A stretch of DNA of 64,000 bases from assembly GCA_017303975.1 (NCBI GenBank), contig JAFLBG010000006.1:23126-87125 (forward strand), written 5' to 3'. How positions within the stretch are numbered: the stretch's first letter is position 1; every line of letters begins with the position of its first letter. A model generated the notes under the pieces. The model ran no database searches, was not told where the DNA came from, and saw only the letters and a program-made list of their open reading frames with translations. The DNA is from Bacteroidota bacterium. Lineage in GTDB: Bacteria; Bacteroidota; Bacteroidia; JAFLBG01. Of the stretch, positions 9,949 through 21,300 are shown one piece after another. The position numbers and the translations under genes were made by a program.

Positions 9949-10617
9949 CTACGTTCTCCAAAGGTAATTAAATAAAATGTATGATAATGCTGAAACCAAT
10001 ATGTTTATACCAATTAAAACAACAGCATATTTCCAAAAAATTGACATTGCCAACCCATCAGCCACTATCTTGCTTATTTTTAGTAGTATAAGTAAAAGTG
10101 GAAGTAGCAGGGGCAGGCTTAGTATAGCCATTAACGAAAAACTACCTTCTGTTTTAGCCGCAATGGCAGCAATTAACGTAAGTATTCCAGATAAACCGAT
10201 ACATCCTAAAAATTGTACAAAAAGAAACAATCCAATTTGACTAACCAAACTACCTAGAAGAATGGAAAATATAAAGTAGCCTATGAAGGATAGCAGCGTA
10301 AGAGTAATAGTGTTGTATATCAATTTTGAAACAATTAATTGATTGGCAGAAACAAGTTGATAAGCGTATAAGAAATTTTTTTTCGATTCGTTTTGAAAGC
10401 TTTTGGAGATAAGGTTAATAGCTGCAAATAAAGTTATTATCCAGAAAAGAGCTAACCAAGTGGTTGTATTAATAACCTTATTAAAAGCTAAAAAGCAAAC
10501 ATAATTGGTAGAAATAATATACAGTATAGCACCAGCCAACGAACTCATATTTCTGAATTCTAGTTTGGTATCTTTTTTTATTAGTTCGAGTATGTTTCCT
10601 ACAGAATGTTGAACCAT
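9949..10617 (-). CDS. ccmB: Heme exporter permease CcmB-like (ABC-2 type permease)
   Basis: 222-aa six-TM protein at the head of the ccm cluster. No ATPase (ccmA) gene is adjacent. Confidence 0.55.
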   Translation of the reverse strand: MVQHSVGNILELIKKDTKLEFRNMSSLAGAILYIISTNYVCFLAFNKVINTTTWLALFWIITLFAAINLISKSFQNESKKNFLYAYQLVSANQLIVSKLIYNTITLTLLSFIGYFIFSILLGSLVSQIGLFLFVQFLGCIGLSGILTLIAAIAAKTEGSFSLMAILSLPLLLPLLLILLKISKIVADGLAMSIFWKYAVVLIGINILVSALSYILFNYLWRT

Positions 10618-10728
10618 TCTACAAAATTAACCAAGATTTTCGATAAGCCATTTTTTTAAATCAGACTTAATCTATAAATAAATTATTTTCGCACTAAATA
10701 TCTATATTCGTAACTCAAATAAAGTATC

Positions 10729-11634
10729 ATGAGCATAAATTATTCCAATTCACTAAAAAAATTAAAAGGAACCGGTGTAGCAATAGTTACGCCATTCGAA
10801 AAGAACGGAGATGTGGATTATGTGGCTTTAACAAAACTTATAGAACATCTGCTTAGGGGGAAAGTGGAATATTTAGTAGTGTTGGGTACTACTGGCGAGT
10901 CGGTTACATTATCAAAGGAAGAAAAGACGAAGATTGTAGGGCATGTGAAAAAAGTGGTACGAAAGCGTGTGCCTATTGTTATTGGTATTGGCGGAAATAA
11001 TACTTTAGAAGTTATTGAAACCATTAAACATACCGATTTTGCAGGAATTGAAGCCATATTGTCGGTTTCACCATACTATAATAAACCTACGCAACAAGGT
11101 ATTTATGAGCATTACAAGGCTATTGCCCAATCTACATTAATGCCTATCATACTTTACAATGTTCCGGGTAGAACGGGGTCTAACATTGCTGCGGAAACTA
11201 CGTTGCGTTTAGCCAATGATTTTAAAAATATTATTGGAATTAAGGAGGCTTCGGCTAATTTGGAGCAGCAGCACATGAAAATTATTCGCGATAAGCCTAC
11301 TAATTTTTTGGTAATTTCAGGCGATGATGCACTTACCTTGCCTGTAATTGCTTGTGGTGGAGATGGGGTTATTTCCGTTGTTGCAAATGCGTATCCAAAA
11401 GATTTTTCGGATATGGTACGATTATCTTTAAAAGGAGATTTTGTGAAAGCAAGAAAGCTACACTACAAACTAACCGAATTTATCGATTTGCTTTTTGCAG
11501 ATGGAAGTCCGGGTGGAATTAAAGAAGCATTGGTAAGATTAGGAATTGGCAAAAATTATTTGCGTTTACCTTTACAAAGTCCCAATAATGCTGTAATAGC
11601 CAAGATTGATAAATTTGTAAAAAACTACAAGTAG
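10729..11634 (+). CDS. dapA: 4-hydroxy-tetrahydrodipicolinate synthase
   Basis: GTTGES motif, the Schiff-base lysine region, and ~300 aa TIM-barrel length. Confidence 0.9.
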   Translation: MSINYSNSLKKLKGTGVAIVTPFEKNGDVDYVALTKLIEHLLRGKVEYLVVLGTTGESVTLSKEEKTKIVGHVKKVVRKRVPIVIGIGGNNTLEVIETIKHTDFAGIEAILSVSPYYNKPTQQGIYEHYKAIAQSTLMPIILYNVPGRTGSNIAAETTLRLANDFKNIIGIKEASANLEQQHMKIIRDKPTNFLVISGDDALTLPVIACGGDGVISVVANAYPKDFSDMVRLSLKGDFVKARKLHYKLTEFIDLLFADGSPGGIKEALVRLGIGKNYLRLPLQSPNNAVIAKIDKFVKNYK

Positions 11635-11637
11635 CTT

Positions 11638-13008
11638 TTATTTTTTGCCAATTACGGTAAAAAATCCTTGCAATTGTTGACCGTTAGACACATTTAAAAT
11701 GTAATAGTATGTTCCATCGGGAACTTCATTCAAATTCCAATCGTTTTTATAATTGCTGTTTTCAAAAACCTTGTTTCCCCAACGGTTATAAACCTCTATC
11801 GAGCTATTTGCATAGTTCAATAGATTAGGAAATTTAAGCAAGTCATTCAGCTTATCTCCATTCGGAGTAACAACATTTATAGGTGTTACAGGGCATTCGT
11901 CTATTGTTATTTGTACGGTATTTGTAACAGAATCGCATACGCCAGTGCCTGATTGTACACTTACGCTTATATTTTTCAATCCCGGTTCAGACCAATTAAG
12001 TGTGTATGGCCCTAATCCCGAACCGGTAATACTAGCAGCACCATTAAAATCCCAAATTATTGTGGCGGTAGAAGGTATAGAGCCAGTAGCGCTTATTTGT
12101 ACATCGTTATTTGGGCAAATGGTATCCGCTAAATTTGCGTCTGTGGCTAATGTTAAACCACCTGCAGAAGAGAAACTTCCTGCACGCAAAAACACGCCTG
12201 AGTCGTAACTGTCATCACCAGCATCGGCAATTGCAAGTTTTATGTGGTATGTTTGTCCACATTCTACACCTACAATGGCAGAAAGAGGAACGGTAAAGCC
12301 ATCATACTGAACTGTTTGTCCATCCGGAGCTGTGCCAAAGCCTTGGCCATCACCATTGTCAAAATAGTATTGAGAATTGGAAAGTAGGTTTAAATCATTG
12401 ATCGTAATCTCGGTGGTGGTATTAGGTACCAACGCAATATTTTTCGAGTTATTTGAATAGTTTCCTGTAATTCCTGGCCCACTAATAAAAAAGCCAAAAC
12501 CATCGTTAACACTGCCAAAAGCAAACTCCATGTATTCCTCAGAGCCAAATACGTATTCAAAGCGCAATGTATCGGCATTGGGAATAAAGTCGAACTCTAG
12601 TATTGCTGCATCATAGGTTGTATTTCCGCTTACAGAATCTAAATCACTATCTCCATTTGGTGGAGAGAAAAAATTCCAGTAGGAAGAGGTTTCTGAGCTA
12701 GTATTATTAGGGCCAATTGCATTTAATACATCTCCACTTGCCATTACCAATCCACTATCAAGTCCAATGTTAGAGTTTTTTTGTAAAAAATAGCCAATTT
12801 GAGCACTATCTCCACTAAAGGTTAAATTACTAACTGTTACTCCCGGTCCCAATAAATATTTCTGAACCAAATTTGTAAGTTGAGTTTGAACTGTTGGTTT
12901 GTAAGTGGTATTATTTACATATAGCTGAGAAAAGCTAATAGAGCATATTAATGATAAAGCACTATGCAGAATTAATACTCTCTTTTTTAAGGTTAATGTT
13001 TTATTCAT
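11638..13008 (-). CDS. T9SS-sorted secreted protein (conserved N-terminal domain plus gliding-motility-type C-terminal sorting domain)
   Basis: Signal peptide. The C-terminus VTPNGDKLNDLLKFPNL...EVYNRWGNKVFE...YKNDWNLNE..GTYYYIL matches the CHU_C/T9SS type-B CTD. The N-terminal ~290 aa are a paralog of the next gene. Confidence 0.7.
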   Translation of the reverse strand: MNKTLTLKKRVLILHSALSLICSISFSQLYVNNTTYKPTVQTQLTNLVQKYLLGPGVTVSNLTFSGDSAQIGYFLQKNSNIGLDSGLVMASGDVLNAIGPNNTSSETSSYWNFFSPPNGDSDLDSVSGNTTYDAAILEFDFIPNADTLRFEYVFGSEEYMEFAFGSVNDGFGFFISGPGITGNYSNNSKNIALVPNTTTEITINDLNLLSNSQYYFDNGDGQGFGTAPDGQTVQYDGFTVPLSAIVGVECGQTYHIKLAIADAGDDSYDSGVFLRAGSFSSAGGLTLATDANLADTICPNNDVQISATGSIPSTATIIWDFNGAASITGSGLGPYTLNWSEPGLKNISVSVQSGTGVCDSVTNTVQITIDECPVTPINVVTPNGDKLNDLLKFPNLLNYANSSIEVYNRWGNKVFENSNYKNDWNLNEVPDGTYYYILNVSNGQQLQGFFTVIGKK

Positions 13009-13018
13009 TGCTAATTAG

Positions 13019-15259
13019 TTATTTTTTGCCAATTACTGTAAAGAATCCTTGCAATTGTTGACCGTTAGATACATTTAAAATATAGAAGTAAGTTCCATCC
13101 GAAATTTCATTTAAATTCCAATCGTTTTTATAATCATTATTTGCGTAAACCATTTTTCCCCAACGACTGTAAACTTCTAATGAGCTATTAGAATGGCTTA
13201 ACAAATTAGGAAATTTAAGTAAGTCATTTTTGTTGTCTCCATTGGGAGTTACAACATTTATAGGTGTTACAGGGCATTCGTCAATAATTACAATTGTTTT
13301 AGATGTTGCTGTGTCGCAAGGGTTTGTGGCAGATTGTACAAATAGTGAAACTGTTTTTTCTCCAGCAGTTGTCCAACTTATTAAATAAGGCCCGGCTCCC
13401 TGTCCGTCCAAAATAGTGCCTCCATCAAATGACCAATTTAGGATAGCATTACTTGAGAAATTACCACTTGAGTAAAATAGAATGGGTGTATTCGGGCAAA
13501 TTGTATCTGCTGATGTGGCGGATGTAGAAACGACAGCAACAATTGTATTAAGTGTATTTGTTATAACAGTTGATGTAGATTTTTTACAGCCATTAGCATC
13601 AGTAACAGTAATCGTGTAAACCCCTTGCGATACGGGAGATATTGATGTGTTTGTACCTCCATTGCTCCAAAGGTATTGATAACCGGGAGTTCCGCCAGAA
13701 GTAGAAGCTGTAATTTGCCAATTTGCACCACTACAATCATTAGAAATAGAACTTAGTAATGTTGAAACAGCAGTTGGTTGTGTTATTGTTGTTGTTGCAG
13801 TGGAAATACAATTATTAGCGTCTTTCAATGTTACTGTGTATGTACCTGATATTAGATTGTTGATATTGGTGGTGGTAGAGCCATTACTCCAAGTATAATT
13901 ATGTGGTAAGTTATTACCGGTTACGGTTGTTGTGATAGAACCATTATTGCCATTATTACATAAAACATGAGTTGTAGTTGCTATATTCACTGTATCCGGT
14001 ATGATTGGAGTAGGGGCAAAAGTAGTAGTTAAAGAACTAGTACAGTTGTTTGCGTCATTTACAGTAAGCGAATAAACACCAGGCGTAGCTCCGGAAATAG
14101 TTGAGGTTGTTTGCCCTCCGGGAGCCCAGTTGTAACTGTACGCTCCTGTTCCACCTGCAACAGAAGGTATTATTAACCAATTATTTATATTACAATTAGG
14201 TGATATTGATGAAAAGGAATTTATTGTTAATGCTGAAGGCTCAATAATATTGACAGAAAGTGTAGTAACACAATTATTGCCACTAACAGTTACAGTATAG
14301 AGTCCTCCGTTCAAGTTGGTAATTGAATTGGAAGTTGAACCTGTACTCCAATTATATGAAAAAGATCCTGAACCCAACACGGTAAACGTTGCAGACCCAT
14401 CTCCATCACCATTACACGTAACATTGGTTGTATTTAAACTAACTCCCGAAGAAATTCCAAAACTTCCTGCTTTAAGAAATACTCCTGAATCGTATGAGTC
14501 ATCTCCAACATCTGCTAAAGCTAATTTTATATGATAAGTTTGTCCGCACTGCACTACTGCAATTGCTGTAAGTGGTATTGTAAATCCATCGTATTGAACT
14601 GTTTGTCCGTCAGGTGCAGTTCCGGTGCCACCTCCATCGCCATTATCAAAATAGTAAGTTGGATTATTGATCAAATTAACATTGTTTATGGTTACTGGAG
14701 TGTTTGTGTTAGGTAATAACGCAATATTTACTGCGCTGTTTGAATACGGGCCACTTATCCCAGGCCCACTAAGGAAAAAACCAAAAGCATCATTGTATGA
14801 ACTATTAGCATATTCCATATATTCTTCTGAAGCAAAAACATACTCAAATCGAAGTGTATCTGAATTGGGGATAAAATCAAATTCGATTTTAACTGCATCT
14901 TCGGTTAGGTTTGGGCTCGCAATTGTATTCAAATCTGTTTCTCCGGGTCTCGCGTATGAAGTAGAGGTAGAACTTGAATTGTTTGGACCAACGGCATTTA
15001 ATACATCACCACTTGCCATTATTAAGCCACTATCAAGGCCAATATTCGAATTGTTTTGTAAAAAATAGCCTAATTGAGACGCATTGCCTACATATGTTAA
15101 ATTGGATATTGAAACTCCGCTACCGAGCAAATACTTTTGTATAAGTTGGGTAAGTTGTGCTTGAGTATTTGGATTATAAGTGGTATTATCTACTATTAAC
15201 TGTGCGTTTACTGCATTACCAATAAAAAGTAAAAATAGGATTAGCCTTACTAATTTCAT
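13019..15259 (-). CDS. T9SS-sorted SprB-repeat adhesin-like protein
   Basis: Same N-terminal domain and same C-terminal sorting domain as 11638..13008. The middle holds at least four SprB-type repeats (C.G..dG..t.tv.GG...Y.Y.WS.G......I..L..G.YTVTV.D.N.C). Confidence 0.75.
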   Translation of the reverse strand: MKLVRLILFLLFIGNAVNAQLIVDNTTYNPNTQAQLTQLIQKYLLGSGVSISNLTYVGNASQLGYFLQNNSNIGLDSGLIMASGDVLNAVGPNNSSSTSTSYARPGETDLNTIASPNLTEDAVKIEFDFIPNSDTLRFEYVFASEEYMEYANSSYNDAFGFFLSGPGISGPYSNSAVNIALLPNTNTPVTINNVNLINNPTYYFDNGDGGGTGTAPDGQTVQYDGFTIPLTAIAVVQCGQTYHIKLALADVGDDSYDSGVFLKAGSFGISSGVSLNTTNVTCNGDGDGSATFTVLGSGSFSYNWSTGSTSNSITNLNGGLYTVTVSGNNCVTTLSVNIIEPSALTINSFSSISPNCNINNWLIIPSVAGGTGAYSYNWAPGGQTTSTISGATPGVYSLTVNDANNCTSSLTTTFAPTPIIPDTVNIATTTHVLCNNGNNGSITTTVTGNNLPHNYTWSNGSTTTNINNLISGTYTVTLKDANNCISTATTTITQPTAVSTLLSSISNDCSGANWQITASTSGGTPGYQYLWSNGGTNTSISPVSQGVYTITVTDANGCKKSTSTVITNTLNTIVAVVSTSATSADTICPNTPILFYSSGNFSSNAILNWSFDGGTILDGQGAGPYLISWTTAGEKTVSLFVQSATNPCDTATSKTIVIIDECPVTPINVVTPNGDNKNDLLKFPNLLSHSNSSLEVYSRWGKMVYANNDYKNDWNLNEISDGTYFYILNVSNGQQLQGFFTVIGKK

Positions 15260-15321
15260 GTCTTTATATTCGTTTTTGTATTTATAGATGAAAAAAATAG
15301 CTGCAAAGTTGCATGCCCTGC

Positions 15322-15894
15322 CTAATTAAGTTCCGGATTTTCCGGAAATGTAGTCATAATAGCATATTCCTTACCCATTGATTTTAAGCAGATTGTCCAA
15401 AGATTAAAGAAGTTTTCATTAAAAAGAACCGTGTTTTTTTCGTCAGATACAATCCACGATTTTTGTTCTATCTCTTTTTCTAGCTGTTTAAAGTCCCATC
15501 CGGAGTATCCAATAAAAAAACGAATGTTGGTATCCGATAGTTTTCCTTGTTGCATTAATTCTTTTACCTGTTCAAAATCTCCACCCCAATAAAGCCCTTT
15601 TCTAATAGTCAGGCTATCTTTAATGCTTTTTAGAGTATGAATAAAAAATAATTGATCTTTGTTTACCGGACCGCCATAAAATACATTACCCTCATAATAA
15701 GGTAGTTCTGGCACTAGCTCATGTAGTTTTACATCCAATGCTTTGTTTAATATAAATCCGGTAGTGCCCAGCTCGTTATGTTCTACAAGCAAAACAACCG
15801 ACCGCTTAAAAAATTGGTCATCTAAAAAGGGTTCTGAAATAATTATCTTTCCCTTTGTGGGTTCAGTCTTATTATTAAAATCTAAGGTTATCAA
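15322..15894 (-). CDS. YqgE/AlgH family protein (UPF0301)
   Basis: 190 aa. FxxSVVLLxEHN..G..GFILNK motif. Confidence 0.8.
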   Translation of the reverse strand: MITLDFNNKTEPTKGKIIISEPFLDDQFFKRSVVLLVEHNELGTTGFILNKALDVKLHELVPELPYYEGNVFYGGPVNKDQLFFIHTLKSIKDSLTIRKGLYWGGDFEQVKELMQQGKLSDTNIRFFIGYSGWDFKQLEKEIEQKSWIVSDEKNTVLFNENFFNLWTICLKSMGKEYAIMTTFPENPELN

Positions 15895-15946
15895 AACTAT
15901 ATTTTAGCTAATTATTTAACAATCAATAAAAATAGCTCAAAAAGTT

Positions 15947-15954
15947 TAAATTTG
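15947..15954 (+). promoter_or_regulatory. Bacteroidota sigma-A -7 element TAAATTTG (TAnnTTTG)
   Basis: Exact TAnnTTTG match 23 nt upstream of the ATG at 15978. Confidence 0.35.
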
Positions 15955-15977
15955 CTTTTAAATAAGTTAAATCTTTC

Positions 15978-18314
15978 ATGCAAAAGCAACTATTATTTTT
16001 TATCTGTTTTACAGTACTAAACTGTATTTATGCTCAAACGCCTAAAAAATATTTTTCTAGCGGAGAAAAGTTTCAAGAGCTGAAAAACTATAAGGATGCA
16101 GCGGAAAGTTATTCTCAAGCTATAAAGTTAGATCCTACTTACGAAAAAGCATATCCTGAAAGAGCTTTTTGTTACGAAATGTTGGGAGAGAGAACAAAAG
16201 CAATCGAGGATTACAAAGTTTTAGTTGGTTTTGATCCCAAGAAAAAAGAATATTATTACAAAATGGGCAAGCTGTATTTTGAGCTCAATAGCCTTGCTTA
16301 CGCAGAGCAATCAACAAAGCAAGCACTTGCTTTGGATGATGATTATTTGGAAGCAACATTAATTATTATTCAGGTTTTACACAAACAAAAAAAGTATTTG
16401 GATGCATTAAAGTATTCAGAAAAAGCGCTTGAAATAAAAAAAGCAGGAAGCACGTATTTTTATCATGCACTTACATTAGATAGTTTAAAAAGCTACCCCG
16501 AAGCAGAAAAAGAATATAAGAATGCAAAATACTATGATTCTAAATTGGTAATGGCATACGTAGGTTTAGCCAATGTGCAAGTAAAACTAAACAAGAAAGA
16601 CGAAGCGCTTAAGTTTTGTGACGAAGGTCTTACCAAGAATCCTTCCAACAATGAAATTTTATGGGCTAGAAGTAGTGTATACGCATCAAAGGGGGATTAC
16701 AGCAGTGCGGTAAATGATATAACAAAAGTGATTGTATCTACTACCAATAATATTCCTGCGTACTTGCTTCGTGCCGATTACTATATAAAGCAGGGGCAGT
16801 ATCAAAGCGCTATAAACGATTATTCAAAATGTATAAATATTGATAATAGTAATATGCAAGCCTATTTTAATAGAGCACATTGTTTCGAACAAATAGGTGC
16901 GTTAAAAGAGGCAGTGAAAGATTACGAAAGAATTAAGCTGCTATCGCCCAACAATGAAGGTGCTGTAGCATTAATGAAAGAAGTGAAGAATAAATTGTTC
17001 GAATTTAACAGAGAAACAGAGAAACCTGATATCGCAATAATATCGCCTCGTTGCGAAGGTAGAAATATAAAAATTGCATCTAATTTAACAGAGTTTACTT
17101 TAAAAGGTACTGTTAAAGATGCAAGTCCAATAAGAAGTATTTTGGTAAATTCTATAAAGCCGGAGTATGTTAGCGATACTGTAAATGCGCAATTTGAAAT
17201 ACTTTTAAAAGCCGAATCCTGCATGAAGGAACTTGTTGTAGAGGCTGAGGATGTTTATGGAAATAAGCAAAAAATAGTTTATTCGGTGCAGCTAACAGAG
17301 ATTAACAAACCGGCAATTGCACTTATTGCGCCTTATTCTTCTTTTGATAATGAAGTGTTTTTAGATAATACAAACTCCGATTTGTATATAGAGGGTAGAG
17401 TAAAAGACGAAAGCCCCATCGAATCAATTGTTGTAGATGGAATTGCTGCTAGTTTTCCATTGCAAGGAATAGATCCTGTTTTTTCTACTAAAATTAATAT
17501 TGCGAATAAAAATAATTTTACCGTTATGGCAAAAGATATTTATGGAAACACAACAGTGGAGCAATATAAATTAAATAGAGAGGGAGCTAATGCCTTAGCC
17601 GATAATCCTATGGGCACTACATGGGTTGTGTTTATCGAGAATAGCAAGTACGAATCGTTTGTTAGTTTAGAAGGTCCGGAAAAAGATGTTACTCTTATGA
17701 AATCTTCGTTGGCAAATTATAAGGTTAGTAAAATTATTCACAAGAAGGACATGACTAAAACACAGTTGGAAAAGTTTTTTTCTATTGAGTTGAGAGATTT
17801 GGTAAGAAGCAATAATGTAAATTCTTTGTTAGTTTGGTACGCAGGTCATGGCAAGTTTGTAAGCCAAACAGGGTACTGGATTCCGGTGGATGCAAAAGTT
17901 GACGATGAGTTTACTTATTACAATATAGGTAATGTGAAAACAGCGATGCAATCCTACTCAACTGTTACGCACAAATTGGTAATTACCGATGCCTGCGAGT
18001 CGGGACCAACCTTTGTGCTTGCCATGAGAGGAGATGCAAAAGAAGAGAAAAGATGTGATGATAAAGGCGATACAAAATTCAAGTCGGCTCAAGTGCTTAC
18101 ATCTGCTGGTTTCGAGCTTGCCGCTGACAATTCTCAGTTTACAAAAGTTTTTACTAATTCGTTAAATAACAATTCAGATGCTTGTATTTCTATCGATAGA
18201 ATAGCCAAAAAAATAAAAGAAGTATTTCAGCAAACAGGCCGACAAGAGCCCAAATTTGGTAAAATTAAAGATGTAGATGATGAAGGCGGAACCTACTTCT
18301 TTATAAAAAAATAG
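15978..18314 (+). CDS. Secreted TPR-repeat protein with C-terminal caspase-like (peptidase C14 / CHAT-type) domain
   Basis: Signal peptide. At least 8 TPR-like repeats (AxxxYxxAI..DP..), central Ig-like repeats, and a C-terminal caspase fold with catalytic His (LVWYAGHG) and Cys (ITDACESG). Confidence 0.75.
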   Translation: MQKQLLFFICFTVLNCIYAQTPKKYFSSGEKFQELKNYKDAAESYSQAIKLDPTYEKAYPERAFCYEMLGERTKAIEDYKVLVGFDPKKKEYYYKMGKLYFELNSLAYAEQSTKQALALDDDYLEATLIIIQVLHKQKKYLDALKYSEKALEIKKAGSTYFYHALTLDSLKSYPEAEKEYKNAKYYDSKLVMAYVGLANVQVKLNKKDEALKFCDEGLTKNPSNNEILWARSSVYASKGDYSSAVNDITKVIVSTTNNIPAYLLRADYYIKQGQYQSAINDYSKCINIDNSNMQAYFNRAHCFEQIGALKEAVKDYERIKLLSPNNEGAVALMKEVKNKLFEFNRETEKPDIAIISPRCEGRNIKIASNLTEFTLKGTVKDASPIRSILVNSIKPEYVSDTVNAQFEILLKAESCMKELVVEAEDVYGNKQKIVYSVQLTEINKPAIALIAPYSSFDNEVFLDNTNSDLYIEGRVKDESPIESIVVDGIAASFPLQGIDPVFSTKINIANKNNFTVMAKDIYGNTTVEQYKLNREGANALADNPMGTTWVVFIENSKYESFVSLEGPEKDVTLMKSSLANYKVSKIIHKKDMTKTQLEKFFSIELRDLVRSNNVNSLLVWYAGHGKFVSQTGYWIPVDAKVDDEFTYYNIGNVKTAMQSYSTVTHKLVITDACESGPTFVLAMRGDAKEEKRCDDKGDTKFKSAQVLTSAGFELAADNSQFTKVFTNSLNNNSDACISIDRIAKKIKEVFQQTGRQEPKFGKIKDVDDEGGTYFFIKK

Positions 18315-18315
18315 A

Positions 18316-21300
18316 ATGAAAATTCTTTGTAATTATGTTCTCATTATTGGGTTATTGGTAGTTTCTAATCTACCCGGACAGTCCTATTTTTTCAAGAATT
18401 ACAATGTAAAAGATGGTTTAATCCAGTCTAATGTAAAATGTATTGAGTTTGATTCGTTAGGATATGCTTGGCTTGGAACAGAAAGTGGGCTCTCAAAGTT
18501 TGATGGTGTAAGATTCAAAAATTTTTCTACGGAAGATGGGCTGTTTAATAATAGTATTGCGGATATTATTACTGACAAAAAAGGTAGGGCTTGGATAGCG
18601 CATGAATCGGGAGGTGTAACAGTTTTCGAAAATGGCCAGTTCAAGCCACTAAAATTGCCAAGTGTTTCCAATGCTAAAATTTTGTTCTTGTATGAGGATG
18701 CAGATGGTAAAATATGGATTTCTCTTGCATCAAAGGGGATTATAGTTTGCAACAATGTGTTTGAAGATATTTACAATTCTTCTAATTATACAATGTATTC
18801 CAGTAACGATGGTTTGGGTTCAAAAATATCTTCCATGGTTCAGGATAAGCAGCATACTTTGTGGTTTGTAACCGAGTATGGAGTAAAATATAAATTGAGA
18901 GGTGCAAGCAAGTTTGATGCATTTACAAGTTCTGAGTTGCCTATGCTTTATCCATCGCAAATAACAATTGATAATCAAAATAATTTATTTATTGGATATT
19001 ATTCTACTTCAGCATCTATTTTAGTTAAGTATTCTGTAGATAAACAAGAGTTTTCTTATTTCGCAACTCCTTCGTGGGTTAGTTCAATTTATGTTGCTAA
19101 GAATAATGATGTATGGGTTTCAGCTTGGGGAAAAGGCGCAATGCGAATAAGAAATAATAAGACTACTTATTTTAACTCCTCAAATGGGCTGCCTGATAAT
19201 AAGGTGTATTGTTTTAATGAAGATAGAGAAGGTAATATATTCAGTGGTATTTTAGGACAAGGACTAACTATTTTTAAAGGTGATTATTTTTTGGGTCATG
19301 CATTAGTGCCTTCGGTTCAGCAAAAACCTATTAAATCGATTACTTGTGATACAGGATCTACTATTTGGGTTTCTACTACAGCTGATGTTTATGAGCTAAA
19401 CACGAGAAATGATTCGGTTGTACCTCTTAGATTTCTTAATCCTACAGGCAATAGTATTGTTGCACTTAAAGTCTATGAAAATTTATTATGGATTTTATTT
19501 AGTAATGATTTAAAATCATATGACCTTAAAACAAATAAAGTAATCAGTTATGGAGCTATTTCATCTGATTTGAAAGATTTAATAGCAACCTCATTTGATT
19601 TTGATAGAGAACGAAATTTGTGGTTAGGTACTAATGAGGGTGTTATAAAATATAATTTTAAAACCAATACATTACAGAATTATAGAGTTACAGACGGTAT
19701 TCCAGGTAATGATATTAAGTTTATTTATTTCGATAAAAAAGGAAAGCTTTGGGTTGCGTGCAAAGGTAAAGGGTTGTGCTACTTTGAAGGACGTAAATTT
19801 ATTGTAAGTAAGAAGTTTGAAAATACAGATCCTACATGCATTACAGAAGATAGTAATTGTATTATATGGATAGGAACACAAAACAATGGACTATTTAGAG
19901 TTGAAAATGAATCTAATGTAAAAAGTTTAAAAGCTAAAGATGGTTTGCTTTCGGATAACATTGTAGCGCTTGTATCCTATAACGAAAAAATTTACATAGG
20001 GACCAATAAAGGCCTTGATGTATTAGATGTGATTACCAATAGGGTAAGGTCATTTGGGCAATCAGATGGATTAACTGGTATAGAGGTAAGTCCTAATGCG
20101 TTAGTTGAAAATTCCGCACAAATATTTATTGGCACTGTAGATGGTTTAATGAGTTTTAACCCTGAGTATTTTAAAAAGGGCTTAGTTGCCCCAACAATTG
20201 TTGTAAATGATTTTTTGGTAAATGATTCTTCAAGAGCTATATCTAGTCAGTATCTTCTGTCGCATAACGAAGATAACATTGCTATTAATGTTCAGGGCAT
20301 TTGTTATTCTAATCCAGACAAGCTTTCTTACTTTATTCAGATTGAGGGGAATGAAGATACATCATGGCATACCATACCTACACCAACCCATTTTCAGCCA
20401 CTTATTCATAATCCCGGAAAATATGTATTGAACATTAAAGTGCTAAATGCAGATGGATTGTTTTCGGATATAAGGAAAATACATATTACCATTGAACCTC
20501 CTTTTTGGGAAACATGGTGGTTTTTAGGAACAATCTCTCTAGTTATAATTATTTCCTATCCAACTGTTTTGAAATTAAACAGTCGAAGATTGCGTAAGAA
20601 AAATTTGGACCTAGAAAAAAAGGTACAAGAGAGAACTGCAGAAGTTGTTTTAAAAAATAAAGAGCTAGACGAAAAAAATAAAGATATTACGGCAAGTATT
20701 CGTTATGCAAAACGTATTCAAGATGCCATATTGCCTCCTGATAGTTTGGTTAGTAGCGCGCTGCCGGAAGCCTTTATTTTATATAAGCCCAAAGATATTG
20801 TAAGTGGCGATTTTTATTGGATTTATGAAAAAGATGATTGTGTTTTTTTTGCAGCTGTAGATTGTACTGGTCATGGAGTACCAGGTGCATTTATGAGTAT
20901 TGTCGGTCATAACTTGTTAGATAAATTGGTGGGCGAGAACGAGTTGTTGAAACCTTCAGAAATTTTAGATGCGCTGAATAAGAGTGTCAGTGATACGTTA
21001 CGTCAATCAAGTAGAGACGATCAGGTTAAAGATGGTATGGATATAACGCTTTGTTCGTATAATAAAAAGACGAATGAATTGCAATTTGCCGGAGCATATA
21101 ATCCATTATGGATGGTTACAAACAGCGCAGATTTTGTAGAGATAAAAGCAGATAAATTTCCAATAGGTACTTTAAGTTTAGGAGAACAAAAGCAGTTTAC
21201 TAATAATAATATAAGTTTGCAGAAAGGTGATACCATTTATATATTTTCCGATGGGTTTGCAGATCAGTTTGGCGGACCATTGGGTAAAAAGTACAAATAC

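Noticed and set aside
14316-15068. Three plus-strand ORFs inside the SprB-repeat gene
   Set aside because: Antisense shadow ORFs. The minus-strand gene is supported by a signal peptide, repeats and a T9SS CTD.
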